From NCBI GenBank assembly GCA_965223755.1, contig CBDCXF010000001.1:1487356-1551355 (forward strand): a stretch of DNA of 64,000 bases. Reading direction: 5' to 3'. The notes beneath the pieces were generated by a model. It worked only from the letters and a program-made list of their open reading frames with translations, made no database searches and was not told where the DNA came from. Positions 30,704 through 43,651 of the stretch are shown here, piece by piece. The stretch is from Candidatus Multivoradales bacterium (lineage in GTDB: Bacteria; Acidobacteriota; Thermoanaerobaculia; Multivoradales; JAHEKO01). The translations under genes and the position numbers were made by a program. How positions within the stretch are numbered: the stretch's first letter is position 1; the number at the start of each line of letters is the position of its first letter.

Positions 30704-31465
30704 ATGAGCATCACCGTCGATCACGCTAACAACGTCTGCAAGCTGACCCTCGACCTGCCGCCGGGCAACGTCATCGATTTCACGGTCGCTCGGGAACTGG
30801 AAGCGGCAATCCTCGACTGCGGCAACGACTCCGACCTCAAGGCCTTCGTCATCAGTGGCAACGGCAAGAACTTCTCGTACGGGGCCTCCGTCCCCGACCA
30901 CCTGCCCGGCCAAATGGAAGAATTTCTGCCCCAGTTCCACCGCCTGTTTGCGGCGCTGGCGGAAACACGCGTACCAGCCGTCGCCGCGGTACGCGGTCAA
31001 TGTCTGGGCGGAGGCTTCGAACTCGCCGCTTTCTGCCACTTCTTGATCGCCGAGCCCAACGCCAGGTTCGCCGTGCCCGAGATTCAACTCGGGGTGTTTC
31101 CACCCGTGGCCTGTGCTCTCTTTCCCTGGCGGCTGGGTGGCGCCGTGGCCGAGGACCTCATCCTTACGGGACGCAGTCTCGGCGCCGAGGACCCCAAAGC
31201 GTGCGGCCTAGTCACCCAGATGTGCGGCGAAGGGGAGCTAGAACAGGCCACCGACGCATTCGTCGAAGATCGTCTGCTGCCCAAATCCGCCAGCAGTCTG
31301 CGCTTGGCCACCGAGGCGGCGCGCAAGACACTCTACGGGGAATTCTTTCCCAGTCTGGAGAAGCTGGAGCAGCTCTACCTGGAAGACTTGATGGGCACCC
31401 AAGACGCCAACGAAGGCATCCAGGCGTTCCTCGACAAACGCCCGCCCGAGTGGCTCAATCGCTAG
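30704..31465 (+). CDS. dch: Cyclohexa-1,5-diene-1-carbonyl-CoA hydratase
   Basis: Crotonase motifs PPGNVID, FSYGASV.DH, CLGGGFELA, PEIQLGVFPP; LE.LYL.DLM.T.DA.EGI.AFL.KR.P. Confidence 0.88.
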   Translation: MSITVDHANNVCKLTLDLPPGNVIDFTVARELEAAILDCGNDSDLKAFVISGNGKNFSYGASVPDHLPGQMEEFLPQFHRLFAALAETRVPAVAAVRGQCLGGGFELAAFCHFLIAEPNARFAVPEIQLGVFPPVACALFPWRLGGAVAEDLILTGRSLGAEDPKACGLVTQMCGEGELEQATDAFVEDRLLPKSASSLRLATEAARKTLYGEFFPSLEKLEQLYLEDLMGTQDANEGIQAFLDKRPPEWLNR

Positions 31466-31472
31466 CGGGGAG

Positions 31473-31593
31473 GTAGGGGAGGCCCTCGCGGCCTCCCGGG
31501 AGGGGGCAAGCCCCTCCCCTACCGGAATATCGCATTGACGGTCTCGCGTAGGGGAGCCCCTTGTGGGCTCCCGGGAGGGGTAAGCCCCTCCCC
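31473..31593. repeat. Two GTAG-type REP-like palindromic units between convergent genes
   Basis: GTAGGGGAGGCCCTCGCGGCCTCCCGGGAGGGGGCAAGCCCCTCCCCTAC (31473-31522) and GTAGGGGAGCCCCTTGTGGGCTCCCGGGAGGGGTAAGCCCCTCCCC (31548-31593). Confidence 0.75.
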
Positions 31594-31597
31594 GAAT

Positions 31598-32362
31598 CTA
31601 GCGGCTCGGACGGGTTCGCAACGCCGATCCGCGCCTGCGCCGATCCCGATCACGATCTCGGTCGTCGTAGCGATCATCGCGATCGTAGTCGCGTCCGCGG
31701 CGGGAGTCCCTGCGCTTGTCGTACTTGTAGTGCTTCTTCTTATGCTTGTAGTGCTTCTTCTTGTACTTCAAGTAGTAGCCAGGCTTGCCGTAGTGCTTGT
31801 CCCTATACCTGCGATCCCGGTAGTGACGGTCCCGATAGTAGTGATCGTGACCGCCGTATCCAAAGGTGATGTAGAGCCCTGACCGGTACGGACGATGCCC
31901 GGAAAACCGATACCAATCGGAGATCGCGTAGTCGAGACGCCGCATGCTTTCGTGCAAGCGATAGAAGTCGCGATCGACGTGGCGAATCGCATGCAAATCG
32001 CGGCGACTGTGGTGCGCTTCGCGATAGGCGCGCGTCAGGCGTTCAAAATCGCGACCGAGGTGACGATCCCAATAATGGGAACGTCGGACCTCGTGGTGAA
32101 AATGCTTCGCCGCCCGGCACAGTTCATACAACTGATCCAAAGCTCGCGCCTCGCGGTAGTCGCCATGATGGGCGTAACGCTGGGCGTCGCGAAACAAGTC
32201 GTTGGCGGCGTATTCAACGTCACGGGCGAGAGAGCGAATCACGCGTTCATTGCCACCTAGATTTCTGCCATAACCTGAATTTCTGCCGTAAGGGGATCCC
32301 CATGCCATAGCCGGCAAGAGCAGCGCGGCGGTGGTTGCGGTGACGATTGCGGTGCGTTTCAT
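31598..32362 (-). CDS. Secreted His/Tyr/Arg/Lys/Asp-rich hypothetical protein with a low-complexity tail
   Basis: RBS AAAGGAGG before ATG 32362; signal peptide MKRTAIV...PAMA; helical domain then YRDxHY, KKKHYK and DRD repeats. Confidence 0.75.
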   Translation of the reverse strand: MKRTAIVTATTAALLLPAMAWGSPYGRNSGYGRNLGGNERVIRSLARDVEYAANDLFRDAQRYAHHGDYREARALDQLYELCRAAKHFHHEVRRSHYWDRHLGRDFERLTRAYREAHHSRRDLHAIRHVDRDFYRLHESMRRLDYAISDWYRFSGHRPYRSGLYITFGYGGHDHYYRDRHYRDRRYRDKHYGKPGYYLKYKKKHYKHKKKHYKYDKRRDSRRGRDYDRDDRYDDRDRDRDRRRRGSALRTRPSR

Positions 32363-32645
32363 GGTGACCTCCTTTCGGTCATGTAGCGACAGTAAGCCGC
32401 AAAGCCGATGCCAAAAAAAGAGCAATGGCGAAGAAGGACAGTTACCTGCAGTGTCTCAAAAAGGTGACGCCATTTAGGTCGTTTCTACAAAACCCGCTTG
32501 CCCACCCGATTAGCCCTCTGGACATCCTGAGTGGTCAACGCTGATTTACAATTTGTCAATTACAGATAGAATTCGCGCGTCCAAGGTAATCGGATTGCAG
32601 CCGGACTTGCGTAGTTGGCTATGCGCGAAGCCTATTGGAGGCAAA

Positions 32646-34153
32646 GTGAGCACAGTTGAGATTGTAATAGCACTGGCCCTCGGCGTCGTGGCGTCGCTGA
32701 TAGCGGCTATAAGATTCAGACACGTGCGACCAATTACGAAAAGGGTCGCTCGCGTCTTTGCTGCGCGTGGTTACGTTTTGTGCCACAGAGAATGGCCGCT
32801 GACACGTATCCACAATCTCACATGCAAAGCCCAGAATCGACTATGGATCCTTCAGACGTGGTTCCCTGATTGGTCAAACGAGTTCGCCACATGGAAAAAA
32901 CTCATGAGACGACTCGAAAACGAAGGCCCACATAGTAACTTCGAAATGAAAGTCCTGCTAATGGACCCGTCACTGTATCCAAGTCGTCTTCGTGCACGCT
33001 CCGACCTCCGGGACATCAAAATAGACACCATTGACATGTTCTCCATGCAGCGTGAGGAGGAACTAAAGGAGTTTGTCGCAAAAAAGAGGGATGGGAAGGT
33101 AGGGATACGCTTTGGGCTGTTTAACAATCTGCCGTTTGGGCCGATCTATGTTGTCGACGACCATGTCTTCTTTGGCAGCTTTGTGTCGCATAGAGATGCC
33201 ATGGATTCAGTTTGCTTTGAGACTACTGACTCCTCTATTCCGGGCAAAGAAATTATCGCTTCATTCGAAAACTCTTGGAAAACACGCTGCAGTGAGATTC
33301 AACCAAGTTGGGAAAGAAGAGAATTGCGGTCAACCATTAGGGCGGAATTCAATGCCGCTCGAAAGATGTTCTCGAACTTTCATCTTCTGGGCTCTATTGG
33401 TCCCCAAAAACCGATCTCAGATGACTTCCGAGCTTGTCTTAAATACGCACTCGACGGACCAATTCAGACAGTGGTACTTGCACGACACGCGCGGCCACTC
33501 AACTTAATGCTGAGGGGATTTTTTCTGGGCTCCTTTCTGTGAAGATCTGCGAGGATGGGCGACGATCAATACAAAAGTTTTCTGCGGATCTTGAGATACT
33601 TCGAACCGCGAAGTGGAGAAGGATATATTGCTCGACAGCGCTCCGAACGTACGAGACGCTTGTTGGCCTGACGGACCCACGGGAAATATCTCCTAGGCGG
33701 GAACTGGACGAGAGATATATTGGCGACTTCGAGGGGATGAGTAAGTCTGAGGTTGTACGTGATCACCCGCGGGTTTGGGATTTTTTTTATGAGCCTCCGC
33801 ACGGAGAAAGCTACGCCAGGCTGTTTCGCAGAATGAACGACAGTGTAGGTAATGGTTCAAGTCTGCTAAGTGAGGTCGCAAGTAAGGGTGCAGAAGGCCG
33901 CCAAAACACACTGCTTTGCGTTCATGAAGGGACGATCAAGATCTTTCGACTACTCGTCGAGAGTACTAGAGAATTCAACGAAGGAGAGCTCAACCACATT
34001 AAAGACGTCGATGTCTCTAACCTCGAAACGCTCGTCTACGTAAACCTGAGCAGCCTTGAAACGGACTCAGCAACCTCTATTGAAAAGGACCGAATGCGCA
34101 AAACCGTGCGGCAAGCCAAAGAGCAAAGTGTTGTGTCGCGCCTATTAGCATAG
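32646..34153 (+). pseudogene. Frameshifted fusion: N-terminal TM + PLD-like (DUF5919-like) domain + histidine phosphatase
   Basis: ORF1 (GTG 32646 with GGAGG, or TTG 32553) ends VVLARHA then loses homology. The other frame continues ATQLNAEGIFSG...STALRT...ELDERYIGDFEG...PPHGES...VHEG. The frames differ by an extra CG in CGCGCG at 33488-33493. AT-richer (45% GC in a spot count). Confidence 0.7.
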
Positions 34154-34173
34154 ACGCGTACTGAAGGCTGGCA

Positions 34174-35043
34174 TTGAATCCTCTCGACTCTTGGCGGCTT
34201 GCCGGCCGAATGTTTTCGTTCCATCGTCACGAGATTTTCCTGCGGCGCGATGGTAGTGGCCTCTGCCACCTACTTCTAATCCATGGCTTCCCCACCGCCT
34301 CCTGGGACTGGCACCGCCTCTGGCCCCATTTGATCGAACGCTTCGACGTCGCGACTTTCGACCTGCTGGGCTTCGGGTTTTCTGACAAGCCCCGTAAACA
34401 CGATTATTCGCTGTTGGAACAAGCGGACTTGGTGGAGGCGCTCGCCGATCACCTCGGCTGGGAGGATTTCCATGTCCTCGCCCACGACTACGGCGATACG
34501 GTGGTGCAGGAGCTGTTGGCGCGGCAGCTGGATGGCGAGCCCAAAGTGCGGTTGCGAACTGCGACTCTGCTCAATGGCGGTATTTTCTTTGACGCCGCCA
34601 AACCGAGGCCGATTCAGAAGCTGCTGCGCTCACCGATTGGCGGCCTCGTCGCGGCCCTACTGAACGAAAAACGATTCAACGCCAGCTTCTCGCGCGTTTT
34701 TGCGCCCGAAACCCAACCGACTCAGAAGGAACTCCAGGACTACTGGCGCCTGGTCAGCCATGACGGTGGTCATCGCATCGCTCACCGCCTCAGCCGCTAC
34801 TTGGACGAGCGAGTCGAGCACATGCAGCGCTGGCGCCGCGCCCTGGTGGAGGCCCCGGTGCCGCTGCAGTTCGTCGCCGGTGACCTCGATCCAGTAGCCG
34901 GGCAATCGATGATCGACCGCTACCGCGAGCTCATTCCGAATGGTTCTTTGGTCGTTCTGCCGGGCGTCGGTCACTACCCGCAGATCGAGTCTTCACGGGC
35001 GACGTTGGAGGCGTTTATCGAGTTCGTCGACGGAGCTGTGTAG
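34174..35043 (+). CDS. Alpha/beta hydrolase (epoxide hydrolase/MEST-like)
   Basis: LIHGFPTASWDW, DLLGFGFSDKP, AHDYG nucleophile, GDLDPV, GHYPQIE. Confidence 0.9.
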   Translation: MNPLDSWRLAGRMFSFHRHEIFLRRDGSGLCHLLLIHGFPTASWDWHRLWPHLIERFDVATFDLLGFGFSDKPRKHDYSLLEQADLVEALADHLGWEDFHVLAHDYGDTVVQELLARQLDGEPKVRLRTATLLNGGIFFDAAKPRPIQKLLRSPIGGLVAALLNEKRFNASFSRVFAPETQPTQKELQDYWRLVSHDGGHRIAHRLSRYLDERVEHMQRWRRALVEAPVPLQFVAGDLDPVAGQSMIDRYRELIPNGSLVVLPGVGHYPQIESSRATLEAFIEFVDGAV

Positions 35044-35990
35044 TGCGCGCAGTGTGGTTTGAGGGCGGCGCGGTTGAAGTGCGGACGCTGCCCGACCCGC
35101 AACCACGAGACGGAGAGGCGGTGGTTCAAGTGTCGCTCGCCGGAATCTGCGCCACCGACTTGGAACTGCTTCGCGGCTACGCTGGCTTCAGCGGCATTCC
35201 CGGCCACGAGTTCGTCGGCAGGGTGGTCAAGGGGCCGGCGCAACTGCTCGACCAAAGGGTGGTCGCCGACATCAACGTGGCTTGTGGGAGTTGCAGAGAA
35301 TGCCGGCAGCAGAATCAGCACCATTGCCGGCAACGGGCGGTCCTCGGCATCCGCGATCGAGCCGGCGCGTTCGCCGAATACATCTCGGTCCCGGCAGCCA
35401 ATCTGTTTCCCGTCCCGACAGACCTCACAGATCGCCAGGCGGTCTTCGCCGAACCGCTGGCTGCCGCCGATGCGGCGGTTGCTGAGGTAGCCAGTAGCTC
35501 CGGTCCAGTCCTGGTGATCGGCGCTGGCAAACTGGGACTGTTGGTAGTTCAGTGCTTGCTGGCTGATGGAAGAGCGGTCGTTCTAGCCCGGCGCCAAGCC
35601 ACTCCCTTGCCAATTCCAGTGCACCGCAGACTCGATCTCCTGGTCGCCGACCAACTCCCGGAGCGGTCGTTCTCGACAGCCATCGAATGCAGCGGCAACC
35701 CGGAAGGAGCGCGCCTAGCCCTCAGATCGCTACGGCCCCAGGGCACGCTAGTGTTGAAGTCCACCTACATACAGCCCCTTCAACTCGACAGCGCGGAGAT
35801 CGTGGTCAATGAACTTCGACTGCTGGGCTCGCGGTGCGGTACGATGGCACGAGCTCTCAGCCGCCTTGCCGAGGGACAAGTCAATACAGAGGCTCTACCG
35901 AGCGAGATCTTGCCTTTGGACGAGGTGGTGGCGGCCCTGGATCGAGCCGCGCAGCCCGGCCTTTTGAAAGTCCTTCTCAACCCCAACTAA
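35043..35990 (+). CDS. Zn-dependent MDR alcohol dehydrogenase family protein
   Basis: GICATD, GHEFVG, C..C.EC...HHC, EPLAA, GAGKLG, LLGSRCG. Confidence 0.9.
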   Translation: MRAVWFEGGAVEVRTLPDPQPRDGEAVVQVSLAGICATDLELLRGYAGFSGIPGHEFVGRVVKGPAQLLDQRVVADINVACGSCRECRQQNQHHCRQRAVLGIRDRAGAFAEYISVPAANLFPVPTDLTDRQAVFAEPLAAADAAVAEVASSSGPVLVIGAGKLGLLVVQCLLADGRAVVLARRQATPLPIPVHRRLDLLVADQLPERSFSTAIECSGNPEGARLALRSLRPQGTLVLKSTYIQPLQLDSAEIVVNELRLLGSRCGTMARALSRLAEGQVNTEALPSEILPLDEVVAALDRAAQPGLLKVLLNPN

Positions 35991-36033
35991 CCAGATCGAC
36001 CAGCCGATCAACGATGCCGGAGTCCGTTGCAAA

Positions 36034-37437
36034 ATGCCATCAACCGCAACCCTTGGCCCCCGCTTTCCTCAGCTCAAGTTGATCGCTGCAAGCATTCGTT
36101 CCGGGTTCCAAATCATTCTGTGTTTGGTGACGGTGACGATGGCGGGATGCGCGTCCGAGGGATGCTCTTCCAAAGAAGGCGAAGTGGCGCCAACTGCGAA
36201 CGACATCGAGACGAGGCAGCAGGCGGATACCGAAGTGCGGCCTTTTGCACGTCCGCTCGCCGATTATCGCTTGGAGCGAACCGCGACGAGACGGTTGCGC
36301 GGAGAGTATCTCGTCAACGGAATCCTGCGTTGCGCCTTGTGCCACTCGCCGCGCGACTGGAGTCAGCCGGGAGCGCCACCGGTCGCGGGGCTGGAGATGG
36401 CGGGAGCGGTGTGGGCCGACATTCCCGACCAGAGCTACCGCATGGTCGCTCCCAATCTGACCTCGGATATCGAACACGGCGCCGGTGGGTGGAGTGACGA
36501 TGCGCTGGCGCGTGCGATTCGCGAAGGAGTCGGCCACGACGGCCGAGCCCTCAACCCGGCGATGCCGTACCAGACCTTTCGCCGACTGTCGGACGAGGAT
36601 GTAGCCTCGGTGGTGGTCTACTTGCGCTCTTTGCCGGCCGTTCAAAGCGAACTTCCCGAGCGGCTGGTGTCCCAAGAACGCCAAAGCGAATATGACGGGA
36701 TCCCGACGCCGCTCCTCGGTGCGGTCCCCAGCCCGGACGACGACCTTTTGGCGCGGGGAACCTACTTGATCGCCATTGGCGAATGCCTCGGCTGCCACAC
36801 CAACTGGTATGGCAGCTACAACCCGGGCATCTTCGCCGGCGGCAACTTCATCGAGCGACATGGCGCTCCCGAGCAAGAAAACGCCTACTCCACCAACATT
36901 ACACCGGCTCCGTCTGGCATTCCTTACTACGACCGAGACCTGTTCATCCGTTCCATCCGCGGCGGTACTGTCGTCGCCAGACGACTGCGGTCCACGATGC
37001 CGTGGGTGGCGTTACGCAATCTTACGGATGGAGACCTCGACGCCATTTTCACCGCACTCAGCGCTTTGCCTCCACGCGACCACTGGGTGGACAACAACGC
37101 TCCACCAACGTTTTGCCCGCGCTGCGAGACGGAGCACGGCGGCGGCGAGCGCAATCATGCCTGGCAGCCGCCGGCCCATGACCCGTTGCCGGCGGCGCTG
37201 CTCGAGCAGTACACCGGCACCTATCGGTTTGACGACGGCACGGAACTCACTTTCGTTGTGCACGAGGACTACTTGGAGTCGCCGCCCACCGGGCGTCTGT
37301 ACCCGCTCTCTGACGATCGTTTCGCAACCGTCAATTGGGGCAATAGCGTTCGCTTCGAGCGAGACACGGCAAACGAAGTGACCGCCCTGATTTCTGAAGA
37401 TCTCGATCAGTGGCGGGCAGTGCGAGTCGGTTCTTAG
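36034..37437 (+). CDS. Exported diheme cytochrome c with a C-terminal DUF3471-like domain
   Basis: CALCH and CLGCH; two APNLT/STNIT..D..L..AIR..MP repeats; lipobox-like MAGC; extra CPRCETEH. Confidence 0.8.
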   Translation: MPSTATLGPRFPQLKLIAASIRSGFQIILCLVTVTMAGCASEGCSSKEGEVAPTANDIETRQQADTEVRPFARPLADYRLERTATRRLRGEYLVNGILRCALCHSPRDWSQPGAPPVAGLEMAGAVWADIPDQSYRMVAPNLTSDIEHGAGGWSDDALARAIREGVGHDGRALNPAMPYQTFRRLSDEDVASVVVYLRSLPAVQSELPERLVSQERQSEYDGIPTPLLGAVPSPDDDLLARGTYLIAIGECLGCHTNWYGSYNPGIFAGGNFIERHGAPEQENAYSTNITPAPSGIPYYDRDLFIRSIRGGTVVARRLRSTMPWVALRNLTDGDLDAIFTALSALPPRDHWVDNNAPPTFCPRCETEHGGGERNHAWQPPAHDPLPAALLEQYTGTYRFDDGTELTFVVHEDYLESPPTGRLYPLSDDRFATVNWGNSVRFERDTANEVTALISEDLDQWRAVRVGS

Positions 37438-37584
37438 GGGCGTCAGTCGGAGGTCACCAGGCGGCCTCATCCGGCATCGCTGCGCCAAGACACCGGTCTT
37501 CCCTAGCCGTCGATCGCAGCGAACTTCCGCGCCATCGTCATTTTTTTGTTGCAATCCCACCTACAGGTGGGAAAATCACTGGTG

Positions 37585-38331
37585 ATGCTTGAGGTCATGG
37601 ATCTCACCCCCTCGCTCGCCAAAGAGGACTACAGCGAGCAACTTCCTTTGCTGCAACGAAAGGCCTGGCGGCTGCAGCGAGCGTGTTGGGTGGCCGGAAT
37701 TCCGACCATATTGATCTTTGAGGGTTGGGACGCTGCTGGCAAGGGAACCATCATTCGCAAACTGACTTCGCGACTGGAGCCACGGGGTTACGAACTCCAT
37801 CACACTACCGACCAACCGCGCACCCATGAGAGCGGCTTGCCTTGGATGTGCCGGTTCTGGACCTCCATCCCGGCGCGCGGTTCGATGGCCATCTACGATC
37901 GCAGTTGGAATCGTGTCGCGGTGGAAGAAAAAGTCAACGGCTGCGAGGAGCTGCGCTGGCGGCGTGCGTTACGAGACATCGGCGACTTTGAGCGCACCCT
38001 GACCGACGACGGCTACGTACTCATCAAGTTCTTCCTCCACATCAGTAAAGAAGAGCAAGCTGAGCGATACGACGCATGGAAAGAAAACCCTGGCACAAGC
38101 TGGAAAGCTCTAGAAGGGAGCTGGCACAAGCCCAAGCGCTACCAGTCGCGACTCTGCGCCACCGAAGAGTTGCTGCAGCACACTGAGTTTCCCCACGCCC
38201 CTTGGCGGTTAGTGGCCGCAACCGATCAGCGTTGGGCCACCATCGATGTCCTCGCGCACCTCACCGAAACGCTGACCCAAGTGCTCGTCGAACGCGCGCC
38301 GAGCGCTCTTGAGAATGGGGAGGATTCGTAG
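37585..38331 (+). CDS. ppk2: Polyphosphate kinase 2 family protein (N-half of a bidomain Pap-type enzyme)
   Basis: FEGWDAAGKG, YDRSW, IKFFLHISKEEQ, APW.LV.ATD.RWA. Confidence 0.9.
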   Translation: MLEVMDLTPSLAKEDYSEQLPLLQRKAWRLQRACWVAGIPTILIFEGWDAAGKGTIIRKLTSRLEPRGYELHHTTDQPRTHESGLPWMCRFWTSIPARGSMAIYDRSWNRVAVEEKVNGCEELRWRRALRDIGDFERTLTDDGYVLIKFFLHISKEEQAERYDAWKENPGTSWKALEGSWHKPKRYQSRLCATEELLQHTEFPHAPWRLVAATDQRWATIDVLAHLTETLTQVLVERAPSALENGEDS

Positions 38332-39053
38332 GTGCTCAACCAAGTCGACCTCGGGCAGCGACTGGAACGCGACGAATATCGGCAGCGGCTGCATGAGTTG
38401 CAATTGCGCGTCGCGCACTTGGCGCGCGACCTTTACCAGCAGCAACGTACGCTGGCGATTGTCTTCGAGGGTTGGGACGCAGGCGGCAAAGGCGGCGCCA
38501 TTCGCCGCATGACAGAGAGCCTCGACCCACGCGCATTTCGAGTGCTGGCCTATGCGGCGCCAACCGACGAAGAAAAGGCCCATCACTACCTGTGGCGCTT
38601 CTGGCGGCGACTGCTGCCTCCGAGCGAAAAGCAGATCTTGATCTTCGACCGCAGTTGGTACGGACGAGTCTTGGTCGAACGCGTCGAAGGTTTCGCCCAA
38701 GAGGAGGAGTGGCGGCGCGCCTATCGCGAAATCAACGACTTTGAACGGCAGTTGGTCGACGCCCAAGCGACGGTGATCAAGTTCTGGTTCCATATCGACC
38801 AGGACGAGCAACTGCGCCGCTTCGAGCGCCGCAAGCGTGTACCACACAAGAGCTGGAAACTAACCGATGAAGACTGGCGCAATCGCGACCGTTGGGATGA
38901 ATACGAGCAGGCCGTCCAAGACATGTTGATCAAGACCAGTACTTCGCAAGCACCTTGGACCATTGTCGCCGGTAACGACAAACGTTGGGCGCGAGTGCAA
39001 TCGCTGCAGACCGTGGTCGACGCTCTCGAGGCGTGGAAGCAAGAGGCCGCGTC

Positions 39054-39057
<4 letters not shown>
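38332..39057 (+). CDS. ppk2: Polyphosphate kinase 2 family protein (C-half of a bidomain Pap-type enzyme)
   Basis: FEGWDAGGKG, FDRSWYGRVLVERVEG, KFWFHI, WKLTDEDWRNR, GNDKRWAR; own GGAGG RBS. Confidence 0.9.
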
Positions 39058-42640
<3,583 letters not shown>

Positions 42641-42644
<4 letters not shown>

Positions 42645-43651
42645 ACCTCAGCACCAACTACCTAGGCCTCAAGCTTCAACATCCGCTGATGGTCGGCGCG
42701 TCTCCTCTGGCCGATGACTTGGATCAAGTGCGACAACTCGAAGACGAAGGCTCGGCCGCCATCGTCATGCACTCGCTATTCGAAGAACAGATCGAACGCG
42801 AACAGTTCGCCTCCCAATTCGCTTTCGACTACGCCGCCGACTCTCACGTCGAGGCGCTTTCCTACCTGCCGGAACCGGAGGCGTTCGCGCTCGGACCCGA
42901 TGAGTACCTGGAACAACTGCAACGTGTTCGCGATGCAGTCTCGATCCCGGTCATCGGGTCGCTCAACGGCACCCACGCCGGTCGTTGGCTTTCGTACGCA
43001 CGGGCCATGGAAGAAGCTGGGGCCTCGGCGCTCGAACTCAACAACTATCAAGTCGTATCCGAATTTGCGCTCAGCGCTCAGGACATCGAGAACGAATTGG
43101 TCGAAATGGTGCGGAGCGTCAAAGAGCGCGTCGGCATTCCGGTGGCGGTCAAGCTCGCTCCCTTCTACTCCGCTCTGCCGCATTTGGTCGCGCGTCTGGT
43201 CGAAGCCGGCGCCGACGGCGTCATCCTCTTCAACCGGTTTCTGCAACCGGATGTCGACCCCGAGCTATTGGAAGTCGAGCGTCGCCTCCACCTCTCAACT
43301 CCGGAGGAGCTTTCTCTGCGGCTCACTTGGCTAGCGATTCTCTACGGTGAGACCGGCGGATCCTTGGCCGCCTCGGGGGGAATTCATGCTGGCGTCGACG
43401 CGGTCAAAGCGCTGGCCTGCGGTGCTGACGCCATTCAAGCGGTGTCGGCGATTTTGCGCCATGGGCCGAAGCGCATCGGTGAACTCGTGGGCGAGTTGCA
43501 AGGCTGGCTCGACGAAAACGAGTACGAATCTCTGCAGCAGTTGCGCGGGGCTCTCAGCCTGCAGCGTTGCCCCGATCCCGAGGCCTACCGCCGAGTCAAC
43601 TACATTCGCATTCTGCAGAGTTGGCGTGGTCTAGACTCCCACCATGGCTGA
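42641..43651 (+). CDS. Dihydroorotate dehydrogenase-like flavoprotein (nifJ-associated type)
   Basis: LSTNYLGLKL.HPL..GASPL, SLFEEQI, IPVIGSLNG, ALELN, PVAVKL.PFY, LFNRF.QPD, SGG.H. Confidence 0.88.

Noticed and set aside
38329-38331. Pyrrolysine or programmed readthrough of the TAG between the ppk2 halves
   Set aside because: A GGAGG RBS and a GTG directly follow, which explains re-initiation. No pyl genes are in the window.
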